DNA of 64,000 nt from Schizochytrium sp. TIO01 (GCA_004764695.1 SMSO01000014.1:3974961-4038960); one strand, 5' to 3'. Positions 11,813 to 24,447 are shown, numbered from the stretch's first letter. Program-made: numbers and translations. The notes: generated by a model not told the origin, from the sequence alone.

Positions 11813-13291
11813 TTGGCAAGAAGAGTTGGGGAGGAGAACCGGGCTTCAAGTGGCGTACACATAATGACGGAGTACACGGCCCCTACATATACAGCAGCCA
11901 AAGTGCTGGAAATGCTCCACAACTCAGTGCGCGTCAAAGGCTCCAATGAGATTGTTCTGTCATCAGATGGCTTCACGATGAGCCAAGATGACCCAACAGT
12001 AGAGTATCTTATTGGGGTTAGCGTCGGACCACTAGTTTGCATTATTATGTTTTTCGTTTGGCTTATTGCACTTTGTGCAGTTGGTTGCTGCCGCCAGCGT
12101 TGTCAATGCTCGAATAGCAACAAGGTACCAGCTGCCCTCTTTGTAGGCTTCATGATACTGAGTTGCTTCGGATGGTTTTACTCCCTCGGCTCTTACAACC
12201 AAGCACACGATGGCCTCAATACTTTGCTTAATTCTGGCGAAGACTTGCAAGCCTATGTCGACAGCGCCGATACAACCCTCACTGCCGTTGTAACAGCAAT
12301 TGACGAAGTTTCTACCAGTGTGAATACTTCTAGTACCGTTTGCGCGGCAGTGTTCAATGCTACAAACATGACCTTTCCAACTGGTGAATGGACGCTGGAC
12401 ACAAATGAAATTTCAGGAGGCCTAGACTCTATCACAAGCGATATGGATGATATTCTTGATGAGTATAACGCAGCAATGGATAAGGCGGATCCATATGTCG
12501 ACAAGTCAACATTAGGCTATAAGATTGCTGTTGGCTTGATGATTGCTTTGAGTATTGTTTTCATCATTTCTACTTTGTATCGTCTGTGGGATAATGTACC
12601 TGGAACTGGCACTCGTCCAGCCAAGGTCCTTGCAAGCTGCTCTGGGATTGTGTTCATTGTTCTGAGCGTCATTATTCTTCTCCTAATTTGGATCAATGTG
12701 GCTGTTCTTGCTGTCATGAGTACGGTTGGAGCTGACTTTTGCGTGCCAAGTCCTTCAACAAACATCAATAGGATTCTCGAAGAGGTAATCGACCTTTCTA
12801 CTGACCTGTGTGATACCGAGCCATACTCTTATTTGTGTTACTACCAGACTTGTGAAGGCGAGAACCCGCTTGAAGGTAGCCTAGATGACGTTATCAACAT
12901 GACGTACACTCTTCAGTCAGAGATTGACAGTTTGATTGTCCAATTGAACGATACCTACACTTCTTCTGGGGCAAACATTTCAGATTTTGAGACCTGCATT
13001 GCCTCTATGGAAGCCATGAGCAGTGAGATTGGTGACCTCCCGGTGGCTATTGACTCAGTGGTTGAGATCACTTCTTGTTCTAACATCAATCCTCTTTATG
13101 TCAAGATCGTAAATGAGGGACTCTGCAATAATTTTGTAGCAGGCCTTGCGGTCACATGGATTATGCTTGCACTTGGTTCATCGGCGCTTATGGCCGCCCT
13201 GTTAGTTTACCGCGTTTTCGAGTTTGAAAAGTACCAACAGGGTGAGCTGATCACAACTGCACAGGTCGTTGCCACAGGTACAAAAGAATAA
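11813..13291 (+). CDS. Tweety/prominin-like 5-TM membrane glycoprotein (start possibly at the Met at 11864)
   Basis: 492-aa ORF. Five hydrophobic segments, Cys-rich stretch after TM1 (CAVGCCRQRCQC), ADFCVPSP after TM4, acidic helical extracellular loops, and C..INPLY...GLC before the last TM. Confidence 0.6.
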   Translation: MARRVGEENRASSGVHIMTEYTAPTYTAAKVLEMLHNSVRVKGSNEIVLSSDGFTMSQDDPTVEYLIGVSVGPLVCIIMFFVWLIALCAVGCCRQRCQCSNSNKVPAALFVGFMILSCFGWFYSLGSYNQAHDGLNTLLNSGEDLQAYVDSADTTLTAVVTAIDEVSTSVNTSSTVCAAVFNATNMTFPTGEWTLDTNEISGGLDSITSDMDDILDEYNAAMDKADPYVDKSTLGYKIAVGLMIALSIVFIISTLYRLWDNVPGTGTRPAKVLASCSGIVFIVLSVIILLLIWINVAVLAVMSTVGADFCVPSPSTNINRILEEVIDLSTDLCDTEPYSYLCYYQTCEGENPLEGSLDDVINMTYTLQSEIDSLIVQLNDTYTSSGANISDFETCIASMEAMSSEIGDLPVAIDSVVEITSCSNINPLYVKIVNEGLCNNFVAGLAVTWIMLALGSSALMAALLVYRVFEFEKYQQGELITTAQVVATGTKE

Positions 13292-14268
13292 GGGCGCTCT
13301 TGCATATGTTCTAGAATTTAAAGACCCTTCGAGAAGGAGCTTGTGTGCGCTCAACTTGGCTTTATTGAGAAAATCATCGAAGTCGCATTTGTTTTTTGTT
13401 TTGTTGTCTCTTTTTTTAATCCAATCTTTCTTTTTAAATACTATTGAATGACTTTTTAGATGAGGCTAAATTTCGAGATTGAACCCAGCCTGGCGGGCAC
13501 AGCTCACCTTTTAGAAATGTGCTTTTCTATGTATGAAATTTATCATTGAATGCACTTTCATTATAACAACCAACTTCGTTCGTTACATATCAAAAGTACA
13601 TTTTAAGAATTATGACTTCCTAGATTTGAAGTCAGTTTATGATTCTGAGGATATTTCCCAGATCAGATCGAGCTTCTGCCTTTGTTTCACTTGCAGGGCC
13701 AGTATATTTCGAATAATTCGCTGATTCTTCCGTCCAATCCACACCATTCGACATTCTTGTTTTTTACAAGTAAATGGAGCAAGACAATTCAGAAGGAACA
13801 AAAAAATCAATTTCTAGATCTGCGAGACATCAGATGTATTCTAATTTACTACGGTAATAACATTGTTAGAAAAGAGGATCAAATGAAGAGTGGCAATCTG
13901 CTGTGCCGTCATTTTCAATTTAAGGCTCAAACCCGATTGTAAATGGATGAATTCTTATATATTTAACTAACGATATAGAACACCGCTGCAAGCAACTAAT
14001 AGGTGCTCCATAATAGAAAAGCACAATGGCGCGTGTTGAGTATGCTTCTTTCTTTGCCCTCCCTTTTGCACACTTCAAGATCCTCAATGGTTTTGCAATA
14101 CAAAGAAGATATTAAAAATTGGCATAGGACAACCCTGAAGCAAAGACATGCCAAGTCCTAGAGATTTTCTATTCCTAGCTTAATTCTATGGGTACTTTTC
14201 GACGTTATGGAGAGGACTGCCCTATCAATGTTGCGACACTCTAAATGCATAAAGCGATCAATATTTGG

Positions 14269-15633
14269 TTACTCAATCCAACGTCCTTTAAGCTGCGCAC
14301 ACTGTGCCGAAAGTGTAGCTACAACCTTGGCAGTCTCTTCGTCTGTACGATCAAGGGCTGCATTCGTGGCAACATTCATGCGAGACAGATTCTTGAGGTT
14401 GACAAGATCTCCAGGAAGCTTTGTAAGCTGGTTGTCCAAAAGGAAAAGGGTCTCGAGTGCCTCACATGCACCCAGGTTTGCCGCGGCAATGTCTTGAAGC
14501 TTGTTCGAACCGAGTTTCAAGATTCTCAAATCTTTCATAGCACTAAAGTCCCCAAGGGTTGCTAACGCATTAGATGTGGCGTCAATAGTCTGTACAGAAG
14601 AACATGCATACAGAGATACCGGTAGCTCCGCGAATCGGTTTGTCGAAACATCAACACTTTCCAGCTCTTCGCATCCCTCGAAAGCGTCATCAGGCAAGGT
14701 TTCAAGCTGATTACGATTAAGTTGTAGCTGTCGAAGTTTGGGCATACCTCCAAAGTCTTGAAGCATAACTATACTGTTCCAGGATAGAGCGAGCCGCTCA
14801 AGCACAGCCCACTTACGCGTGCTCGGCAGGGATTTGATTTTGTTTCCACCCAGATTGAGATCAATGAGGTTTTCAAGGTCAGCCATGCTAGCAGGCACTT
14901 TGATAAGCTTGTTGTTAAAGAAATTCACTTCAGAAAGCTTTACACATCCGGAAATACTATCCGGCAGCTGTGTAAGTTGGTTCTTAAAGGCGGAAAGGGT
15001 TTCAAGGTTAGCCAGGGCGCCAAAATCTTCAGGTAGTGCAGCGAGACCATTTTCTGACACATTGAGAGTCTGCAGTGCGGACAGCTTGCAGATATCCTCA
15101 GGCAAAGCTTCGAGACTATTTTCACTCAGATCCAGCTCAATAAGATTGACAAGATTACCAAGACCTTGAGGAATTTCGCGAATATTGTTCTTCTTCAATG
15201 AGAGCACTGTAAGAGACGCTGACGCCGGGGTTAGAATCTTTTCTGGGACCGTATCAATTTTCCCAAGATTGCAGGCAAAAAGCATTCCAACTACACCCTC
15301 GTCGTTACGATCTGCTGCACTTAAGTTCATGTCGGTGCCCGCGGAAAGTTGTGCATCAACAAGTTCTTCTACCGAACCTGGAGCGCTACCCCCTGCCGCT
15401 TGAAGAATTGCAACGAATGCGCAGGCAGCATCATGCAACTCTTTTCTTCTTGTAATCCAGCCTTGAACATCGTCATCATCTGGTAGAGTCTTTTCAAGAA
15501 TTGGTCTACAGCATCGAAGGCAGGCAGGCTCATCTTCAATCATGTCTTCGAGCTTGCCGCATAGCGTACGCAATTCTGACGCATCGTCCGTATCAACGAG
15601 AAGCTCTGCGGCTCCACTGGCTCCGTTGCCCAT
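14269..15633 (-). CDS. Leucine-rich-repeat protein (23-aa LxxLxLxxNxLxxLP type), possibly N-myristoylated
   Basis: 454-aa intronless ORF with about 13 LRRs (e.g. LIELDLSENSLEALP). N-terminus MGNGAS fits a myristoylation motif. Confidence 0.88.
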   Translation of the reverse strand: MGNGASGAAELLVDTDDASELRTLCGKLEDMIEDEPACLRCCRPILEKTLPDDDDVQGWITRRKELHDAACAFVAILQAAGGSAPGSVEELVDAQLSAGTDMNLSAADRNDEGVVGMLFACNLGKIDTVPEKILTPASASLTVLSLKKNNIREIPQGLGNLVNLIELDLSENSLEALPEDICKLSALQTLNVSENGLAALPEDFGALANLETLSAFKNQLTQLPDSISGCVKLSEVNFFNNKLIKVPASMADLENLIDLNLGGNKIKSLPSTRKWAVLERLALSWNSIVMLQDFGGMPKLRQLQLNRNQLETLPDDAFEGCEELESVDVSTNRFAELPVSLYACSSVQTIDATSNALATLGDFSAMKDLRILKLGSNKLQDIAAANLGACEALETLFLLDNQLTKLPGDLVNLKNLSRMNVATNAALDRTDEETAKVVATLSAQCAQLKGRWIE

Positions 15634-17280
15634 TCTGTCTAAATCCGGCGTTGATTTTTTCTCTTAGATGGTCTGCTCTGGAGAGACCGAAGCAAAGAAC
15701 CACTCAACTGATCTGAGTTTGCTTGCAACTTGTACATTCAATTTACGCAGCTGAACATGCCCGTGACAAATGTTTTCTGCTCTGCTTTGGGCACTCTTTG
15801 CTCTTGTAGGTACTTTGCCAGCCTTCATATATGGACCAATGCCGTATTTGAAACAGCGACACGCTTATAAATGACTGTGGTCACATAAATGGATTCCGCG
15901 CTCGTAATCCATCTCACATGGTTTTAAAACGGGTGAGACACCTATGCTCTGGCTAACCGCTCATTTATTATTATCCATATATATTTTTTGATTTTAAATG
16001 AAAGTAAAAAGTATAATTTCTCTGTTCTCCTAGGAATTTTATTAGAGGCAGAGTAGGTAAAATGTTAGGGGAAAAGTAACAAGGTTGAACGAACTAGTAC
16101 TAGTGTGTTCTATTTTCTTCATTTGCTCTTCCTTGTCCTTTAATAGTATGTAGGAAGGCAACGTCCGCGCCACAATCTTGCCCATCAATTTCCTTCAAGT
16201 TCTGAAGTTAAAGATCTTCCATCCTGACCGACTGTGGCAGCTACAATGGTGTGGATGTCAGCAGTACTAGCTTTGCTTTCACACAATAATTCAACGCGAA
16301 AAACTTAGCAGATAGGTGAAACTGTAGCCATGGTCCACACTACACTGATTCATTTGGAGGCTCGAAGAAATATACAAAACATGAAAGAACCGTATTTTCT
16401 CTCTTTCAAGTTAGAAAAGAAGTACCTAAAAGGGCGCGGCGTCCAGGAACACATGTAGCAGTGGTAATATGCCACTCTTGGTTAAGTGGAATCCCAAGTG
16501 GACAGATATGATCGGAGCCGGAGCAAGATGATGTCTGCCTTTGAAACATGATGAATTGCATTACGAAGGTAAGACTGAATCCAAGCAACTGTACCAACAC
16601 AATGCATGTGTCCATGCAAGTTATGCCATGACACGGTATCCAGGTTGAGAACATCTCATCAATTCACGTTACCTTCTAGATTGGTCTACGCATATGTCTA
16701 TTTTCTTTTTTAAAGCTTGGGGAGACTGGATCCTTTGGATCACTATCTTCATTACTTTTTTTTCTTCAATGTGTAGCCAGCAGTAGAAGCTGGGCAGTTC
16801 TAACTGTATCTATTGTTCTTGATGGCTTTCCTGGTTCTAGTCAACAAAAGGGGCTAGAGCTTTGGAGAAGAACAGAAAGCTCCGAGTGAAAGTAGTATTT
16901 AGTATTATGTGCAAACTTGTAGGATGAGGAGGTGCCTAATTTACCTAATATTATATTGAGAGAGATTAGTTATTGTTCCAATCAAGTAACGCATCAATAG
17001 GCCCTTTAAAGTCACTCAGTTAGACCTGTTAAGTATTGTATAATGCTTTTAGGGCTACAAGCTAGAATTGGCCCAGCAATATTCCTCAAAGTCCCCGTTT
17101 TGGATCCTCTCCGGTCCGCCAGCCTTTGATAGGGTCCTGGCCTTCACCCTGTGATGGGAATCTGTTTGCCTACTTACTTAACTGCGCACGGAGAGCCAAA
17201 GGACAAAGATACAACGTTCGTCTGCTCCAGTTGCTGCAAAGCTTGAAGCATCCTTCCAAGACTAAGGGGCAGCGAATAAG

Positions 17281-18468
17281 ATGATACTAGTTGGACAGGG
17301 CCTAGAAAGGTGGTGGCTCGCGAGCGCAGTTTCAATAACAGGTTTGGCCATTTATCTTAATGACTGCTACTACGTGTATGTATTTTTGCTAGAACAGGAA
17401 GAGGAAAATGAGAAGGATGTGCCACAGGAAGCCATTGACAACGTTGAACTTCACTACAAGGGTAAAGCTGCCTTGGAATTGTACAATGTTGACAATAATA
17501 CGTATGCAATCCAGTTGCAAGCTGCCTCAAAATATGGGGAGACTGTGCAAGATATGCGTCCTTATGAAATACAGCGTGAAAGCATTCTTTTCCTTGGTGG
17601 TGGGCGTGCAGCAACACTGCAACTTGCACATCCATATGTTGCGGAAGGCATTGAGCAGCACTCTAACCTTAAGCATGGGATCCAGCAGCGATTTTATCGC
17701 ACCTTTCATTATATGTTTGCAATGCTGTATGGAGATCTGGAGAGCTCAGTCGAGGCGTCTCGCACTGTTAGAAAATTGCATAACGCAGTGCATGGTCGAT
17801 TTAAGGAAAATATTGGAATATTTCAAGCTGGGGAAAAGTACAGTGCATCTCATGGACATGCTTTATTGTGGGTTCACTTGACGCTTTTGGACACCTCTCT
17901 TTTCATGTATGAGGTTTTTGTGCAAAGGCTTTCACAATATGAGAAAGACTGTTTCATCACAGCGAATAACCACTTTGCTATGAACTTTTTTGCTGTACCA
18001 CAGCAACTATTGCCACGAGATGCGCGGCAACTTGTAGAAATGATGCGATCGATCGTGAGGTCTCAAGTGATAGCAGTTGGAAACTCTGCCCGTCGCATTG
18101 ATTGTTTCCTGTGGACGCCTCCAAGTCTAAGATTCTGGCCTCTTTTATCTTTAGTTCGTTGGCTCACTTTCATTCAACTTCCAAGAAAACTAAGAATAGG
18201 ATTGTATGGTCGTACTTGTGGAACGTTTGAAATATTTTGTGCATCTCTTGTGTTGGGGTTCTTTCGTTTTGTTTACCGGATGCTACCTTTTTCAGCCCGT
18301 TGGTTGACTGCGTATCATTCAATGCAAGATCGTCTTGGCAACCCACTCTCTCAAACAGGGTATGTATTGTCTCGAATCTCTGCTGCATTCGCTTCTGCTC
18401 TGCTCAGAAGAGTGATGCCCACCAGAGAACCTGAACTGTTCGTTGCTATGAACTCTAATTCACATTGA
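17281..18468 (+). CDS. DUF2236 / MpaB-like oxygenase family protein with N-terminal membrane anchor
   Basis: 395-aa ORF with GGGRAATLQLAHPYVAEGIEQHS, RFYRT, VRKLHNAVHG and LLWVHLTL, which match this family. Confidence 0.78.
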   Translation: MILVGQGLERWWLASAVSITGLAIYLNDCYYVYVFLLEQEEENEKDVPQEAIDNVELHYKGKAALELYNVDNNTYAIQLQAASKYGETVQDMRPYEIQRESILFLGGGRAATLQLAHPYVAEGIEQHSNLKHGIQQRFYRTFHYMFAMLYGDLESSVEASRTVRKLHNAVHGRFKENIGIFQAGEKYSASHGHALLWVHLTLLDTSLFMYEVFVQRLSQYEKDCFITANNHFAMNFFAVPQQLLPRDARQLVEMMRSIVRSQVIAVGNSARRIDCFLWTPPSLRFWPLLSLVRWLTFIQLPRKLRIGLYGRTCGTFEIFCASLVLGFFRFVYRMLPFSARWLTAYHSMQDRLGNPLSQTGYVLSRISAAFASALLRRVMPTREPELFVAMNSNSH

Positions 18469-19033
18469 CCCCCCCTTGACTACAGTTTAAAACTCATGAC
18501 GCAGTTTCTATTATATAAAATCATAATCTCGGATCAAGATAAAAAATCAAAAGTCACTTGGAAAGACGAAAACCCTTTTCTTGTCACTATGAGTGCAACT
18601 CATTCCGTGACACGGTTTTGGATGATGGTTTAGGGTGTTTGTGTGTAACTTCACATACTTGATGTTTAGAACCTCAATTTGGGAGGCAAGAGGGTGCAAT
18701 TGTACTTGATATTTAGTTTCTGTGGCAAGTGCTGGACTCTTTTCTGCAAACGTTGGCATAGTAAAGTTTGCAGTGGTTTGTTCTTCTTTTTTACTGAAAT
18801 TCCAAATTGATTTGTGGGTTCATCCAAGAAAAGGTGTAAGCAATCTTTCTGAGTGTGTGTGGAGCACAGTCAAATCAAATCATTTTCAGCCAAAACACTG
18901 GAGGGGGAGTGTGGTTTTTGTGCCTCATTCTAAGTGCATAATTCGAAGAATGGTTCTGTTTAACAAGAAGACTTGAGTCTGGAAGAAATGACAGCCTGAC
19001 ATACATGTTTACGAGGGTCTCTCATTAGGATAT

Positions 19034-19746
19034 CTACTTTCTCTTTCGAAGAATGAAATAGGCGGCGCCAAGGATGGCTGCCGCACCAACCGCGAGGAGA
19101 ATAGAGGTGTTGTCCTCTTTTTTGCTTCCACCCTTGTTTTCCGGCGCAGACATGGTGCTGTTCGGCTTACTCGAGGTGTCGTATTTTATTTCAACAGAGG
19201 CGTTGTTCGTCGCAGTAACCGTAGTTTTAATGGCAGGCTGACTAGCAGGTGATGCCGCGGCTGCGGCAGATGCAGCTGCTGCTGCGGAGCCCTCTACGTC
19301 ACCAACGTAGTAGTCATCAAGCATGTCATAAGCTTCATCAGAGTGACCAACATCATCAAAATCTTCGGTCGAGTCCATGCCCGCGAGGTCTGTGATAATT
19401 TCGACACCACCGGGATGGTCATCAAGGTATTTAGTCACATCATACACCTTGCCCTTGTAGCTGTGTGAGTTGTCAGTCGCCAAATATTCATAACACATAT
19501 GAAAGCACGGATCACATGCACTGTTAGTCTAATTCTCTCTAGGTTCTTCCCCTATACAAACAATCAATTCCTGGACGCAATATCTCGAGGGAAATAGTTT
19601 GGCCTTTCTTGTGTAGGCATTTGAATTTGACCGAGGTACTTTGCGAGCAAAATATTGCAAATGCTTTTAAAGCAAGGAACTTACATGATCCAGCAATCCT
19701 CTTCGGTGTTGTGCTTGGCGATCTCAGCCTCGGAAAAAACCGGCAT
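19034..19746 (-). CDS. Tail-anchored cytochrome b5; exons 19746-19685 and 19460-19034
   Basis: Exon 1 MPVFSEAEIAKHNTEEDCWI(I), then GTAAG donor, intron 19461-19684 ending CACAG, then in-frame YKGKVYDVTKYLDDHPGG...FDDVGHS. C-terminal TM helix followed by RKRK. Confidence 0.93.
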
Positions 19747-20329
19747 GATGGGTATTTGTTTTAGAGTGAGAATCTACTTCTAACCGTGAACAGTTGAGTT
19801 GTGACGCTTGCGTTTCGCAACCTAGGTTTCTGAAGCAGCTCAGCTGGTAACTATCGGACGGAAAGAGGCTATGAAGAAAGCTGCGGATGGACCGGTCTTC
19901 GAAGCGTGACTTGGTCTTTGAGGCGTCTTGTAGACTGACCCTTAAGCTTTAAGTGAAGTGATTAACTCTTTACAGCCGAGGGGCGAAGGGCAAGCGGGCT
20001 AGCTGTCAGCCGCGAAAGTTGCGTTATTGGTCTAGCTGGTATCGCTCGTGAATGCCTTCTTTTCGTGTTGTTATTTTCATTACTAATGGCTACTATAGTT
20101 TTATTCTCTGAATTACACCAAAAACAAATAAGGCTATATAGGTCTAGCAAGCATCGCGCATAGGACAATCTACTACACACTGCTAGTACATCCCATCTTT
20201 CTTTATTCCTTACTTTTCCTTAACAAGTACCTAGGTACATGCTAGGAAGTGAGACGAAACCTAAAAGAACATAATCAACCTAGACACACAAAGTTTCATA
20301 ATAATGCAGCGATGCTGATGTGAGAAATT

Positions 20330-20331
20330 GA

Positions 20332-20395
<64 letters not shown>

Positions 20396-20397
20396 AA
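20330..20397 (+). repeat. (GAAA)n microsatellite
   Basis: About 17 perfect GAAA units. Confidence 0.95.
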
Positions 20398-22500
20398 AGA
20401 CCAACCTTATGCCCCAATAGCAACTAGCTAGGTAGGTACTACCTACATCCTTAGCAAGTGCGTGCTAGCAAGTACATAATTAAAAGTAAGAGGTTGTACT
20501 TCGGATCAATTGCCATCCTCTTTTAAAATCGAAACAGCTAGCTTTCTTGAAACTCTAGAGGTAGGGGAGGTGCTACCACAACAGGCAGATGTGATAGGAA
20601 AAACGCCTCTGACTCTGATGTCGTATAGGAGGGATTGGAGTCTCAAGTTGAAGTGTTCGTAGAAGAAGAAGAAGAAGTGGATCTCAAAGGCCAACACATT
20701 ATAAACATAACGAACTTCTAGGAATTTCTTAGGTGGGAATTTGAAAACAATAAAATAAAAATCATAGAGAAGGTTAGAACAGAAGGGGAACGGCGAGGCA
20801 CACTATGGGAGGAAAGGTAAGACGAAACCTAAAGGATCATGATCAACCTCATCAAAGGGCTACAGAGCAAAGCTGAAGGATGAAGTGCAGCGAAGCAGAA
20901 AAAAGGAAATCGTGTGCCCCCACACAATTTCTAGGTAACCACATATTGGAGTAGGAGGTAAACCACTAGAACTTTGGTTCTCTCACTATGAGTAGTTTCT
21001 ACGAAAACTGAACTTTGGTTGACTAATAGAAATGGCCTCATGATTCTCCATTAAAGTGCATAATACCATCAGTTTTGGCAGCGGTAGTACCTGGAACCCA
21101 TTGAGCCTTTCTTTGCCCAAGCCGGTAGCCATCTAAAAATGACAGAACTACCACAATAACTTTGGCAGCGGACTGATTAACAGCATTTCTAGAAAATACT
21201 CATGCAACCTTACTCTCCCTCTGTCTCATTAACCAGGGAAGCAAACTGTCAGCTCCTTATTCTTCTTCCATGCTGTGAGCACTCGTTGAATCAATTCTAA
21301 AATTGGGCTGCTAAAAAAATTGCCCCAACAACTCGTCCAAGTCCAACTTGGAATCCAAGCCCATGCAAAACCTACAGGTCATGGGTAAGTTCATTCTGTC
21401 ATTGAGCAGGTGAAGGACGGCCAGCTACTCGAGGTTATAGAAGGTTTCGGCTCGCTTTCCACACAGCTGGACTTGCTTTGCTTGAGAGTTTCAGCAGTAG
21501 GTATCGTGCATATTGATATCCACATCCTCCACAAGAGTACCTACATACTAGCCCGCCATCTCTTCTCACAGCACACATTTCATGTGGTTCAACTAGTTAA
21601 AGAATCGACTGAACAGAGTAGGCGCCGAAGTGGAGAATGTTTTCGTTTTCACTGGAAACAGCTACCTGCAGTATTTTTAGCATTCTTTTGGTGGGTGATA
21701 ACTTCAAGAATATCAAAGTTCGAACTAAGTGGAAATACTTCTTCGTACTCGCTACACTCACCGATACGGTGGTCAGACACAAATAATTCTATTGGAATGT
21801 CCTAAGTTAATTTTCTTTTTTGGCGTATAAAATTTATGGCTAATATTGTAAGTCTCTTTTCATAGATCATCTCAGGGGAACTCCAAGCTTGTCTTTAATC
21901 ATGATGTGAACCTTACTATGACTGTCAGGTAAAGATCCTTCTACATGTTTTTTCTCATGAGAATGGTTAATACGCAAGCCTTTGACTTACTCTTTGTCTT
22001 CTGAGCTGATCGGAGACTCGTCGATGGGTTCATCGTAAAGAACTGGATGCGTTTCTTGCTGCCTAATGTTCCATACACCAGAAAATTTTATTCCTTTCAG
22101 GAGTATATTTCAAAAGAATTGGTATTATTCGTTCATTAATGGGTATATTTCTCTTCGTCAGATACGGCATCTCTGACTTTTACCATCACTAGAAACCACT
22201 TCATGTTCCAAATCGCCTTTGCTGTGAAACTTGCAAAAATATGTTAGCTTCAAGACACGAATGTTTACAGGGTCGAGTAGCCATGCAATTTCTTGACAAG
22301 ATCATTTGTTTGCAATGCTGACTCCTTGTTGTTGCCACTAAATTAATACGAACAGCTTGGCAGAGTGGGTGAAAATGCAAGGATAGATGCTGGATATAAA
22401 ATACTATGTGTACCTGGTAACTGGATTGTGTTTTATAGAATAACCTGGAAGTGTGAAGGTTTATATGAAAGGCTGAGACCTTCCGGTCCACTCATTCAAT

Positions 22501-22610
22501 GCGCGAATGGTCTAGTGGCATGATTCCTCCTTCGGGTGGACCAAGCAGAGTAATATCTGTAACCTCATAGGAATTGGAGGAGGTCGGGGGTTCGATTCCC
22601 CCTTCGCGCC
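22501..22610 (+). tRNA. tRNA-Pro(CGG) with 38-nt intron, copy 1
   Basis: Acceptor stem GCGCGAA/TTCGCGC, A-box TGGTCTAGTGG, anticodon arm CCTCC-TT-CGG-G[intron]T-GGAGG, T-arm GGGGGTTCGATTCCCCC, downstream T-run. Confidence 0.92.
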
Positions 22611-22733
22611 GATGTCTTTTTGTTGTTAAACCAACCCATGGCACCGGGAAACAAACTTTTTCTCCTTTTTTCACATGTGCACTGCCCAGGCAAGAGGACT
22701 TTGTTGTTGCTTCGTCCAGACAGCTTCGGTAAT

Positions 22734-22843
22734 GCGCGAATGGTCTAGTGGCATGATTCCTCCTTCGGGTGGACCAAGCAGAGTAATATCTGTAACCTCA
22801 TAGGAGTTGGAGGAGGTCGGGGGTTCGATTCCCCCTTCGCGCC
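22734..22843 (+). tRNA. tRNA-Pro(CGG) with intron, copy 2
   Basis: Same exons as copy 1; one substitution in the intron. Confidence 0.92.
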
Positions 22844-22933
22844 GATTGTACTTTTTTTGTTTCTAAGATAATTTATAGAATACTGCAACCAAGTTATAAA
22901 TAGTCCTTTCAGCAAATCTTAGCATCATTCAAT

Positions 22934-23043
22934 GCGCGAATGGTCTAGTGGCATGATTCCTCCTTCGGGTGGACCAAGCAGAGTAATATCTGTAACCTCA
23001 TAGGAATTGGAGGAGGTCGGGGGTTCGATTCCCCCTTCGCGCC
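22934..23043 (+). tRNA. tRNA-Pro(CGG) with intron, copy 3
   Basis: Identical to copy 1. Confidence 0.92.
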
Positions 23044-23494
23044 GATGTCTTTTTTGTTTTGTGTTTAAAAAATACAAAACCATAGTTAAACTATTTATCC
23101 ATGACTTGTTATATCTTAGGTTACTACAATTATGATGATAAAATACTTTTCTTTTTTTTTTAAATAATAATAATAATAATAATAGAATTCTAGAGAGCTT
23201 CGTAAATAACTATCATGATGTTATGGTAGGCACCGCTCGAACATAATAGAGAGAGCCTTTCCTGCTATATTAGAGAGATTTGGGAACCATAAGAGATCTT
23301 AGTTGAAGAATAATGGCTTAGATTACCAGCCTAAACTCCAATGCAGCCACATTAGATTTCTGCATTTCTGATGTTTCATGAAAAACAATGTGTTATTTAT
23401 TTAGTTGCTTTTTTCAATTAATTTAATTTAATTTAATTAAAAAAAATTTAAGGGAACAAAACGCAAAAAAAAAAAAAAAAAAAAAAAAACAATC

Positions 23495-23604
23495 GGCGCG
23501 AAGGGGGAATCGAACCCCCGACCTCCTCCAACTCCTATGAGGTTACAGATGTTACTCTGCTTGGTCCACCCGAAGGAGGAATCATGCCACTAGACCATTC
23601 GCGC
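23495..23604 (-). tRNA. tRNA-Pro(CGG) with intron, copy 4
   Basis: Reverse-complement copy followed by a long T-run terminator (A-run 23465-23489 on +). Confidence 0.92.
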
Positions 23605-23687
23605 ATTGAATGGGTGGAACGAGAATTTGCTACGTCCCATCTTGAACAGAGTATTAAGAAGAAAAAAAATGTGAAAAAAAGTTAATC

Positions 23688-23797
23688 GGCGCGAAGGGGG
23701 AATCGAACCCCCGACCTCCTCCAATTCCTATGAGGTTACAGGTATTACTCTGCTTGGTCCACCCGAAGGAGGAATCATGCCACTAGACCATTCGCGC
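23688..23797 (-). tRNA. tRNA-Pro(CGG) with intron, copy 5
   Basis: Reverse-complement copy; differs only within the intron. Confidence 0.92.
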
Positions 23798-24012
23798 ATT
23801 GAATGAACTGGCAGGTGAAGATGACTTGTAATATATATACTTATAAAAAAAGAATATAAGCAGCGGTGGAATTTTAATATCCGATGAAAAGAGAAGAGAG
23901 ACAGAGGCACAGAGGCTTTAAAATTTTCAAAGGACCTTGTGAAAGCAATTGCAAAAGACTAGGTCCGAAGATCATATTCGCACATCAGTCGGACAAGTTT
24001 GTACTGGATACG

Positions 24013-24447
24013 ATGGCGAGCACGATGGTGGCACTCTACAGAAGTGGCTTCACAGCAGTACGCGGCCAGCGCCTCAACGCGCCTCTGCAAGGCCTGCTAG
24101 CAAAATCTGGAAGACGTGCTTTCTCTGGCGATGTAGTGGAGCAAGTCCAGCGTGAACTTGAGGCCAACCAAGGCGTACTCGTGTACGGTAAGAGCTGGTG
24201 TTCTTTCTCCATGGGAGCGAAGCATATTTTAGAGTCTAAAGGTATTGATTACACTGCTCATGAGCTCGACCTTGAACCTCAGGGAGATAAGATTCAGGCC
24301 GCACTCTTCAAGATTACTGGGCAACGAACTGTCCCTAACATTTTCATCGGCGACGCGCACGTTGGCGGCTACTCAGACCTTGTTGCAGGCATGCAAGATG
24401 GTCATGTAAAAGAGTTGCTCGAAGCAGTCAATATTGAAATGAAGTAA
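24013..24447 (+). CDS. Glutaredoxin (CSFS active site) with probable mitochondrial presequence
   Basis: YGKSWCSFS, TGQRTVPNIFI and HVGGYSDL motifs. The Arg/Ser/Ala-rich leader MASTMVALYRSGFTAVRGQR suggests a start at 24013 rather than 23884. Confidence 0.88.
   Translation: MASTMVALYRSGFTAVRGQRLNAPLQGLLAKSGRRAFSGDVVEQVQRELEANQGVLVYGKSWCSFSMGAKHILESKGIDYTAHELDLEPQGDKIQAALFKITGQRTVPNIFIGDAHVGGYSDLVAGMQDGHVKELLEAVNIEMK

Noticed and set aside
1687-18434. Antisense or overlapping short ORFs over the GH27, SOR-DOMON, Tweety-like, LRR and DUF2236 genes
   Set aside because: Shadows of the real genes with no independent motifs.
20249-20849. ~33-bp imperfect direct repeat (gtgagacgaaacctaaaagaacataatcaacct at 20249 and a variant at 20817)
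   Set aside because: Too short and diverged, with no TSD or internal features to call an element.
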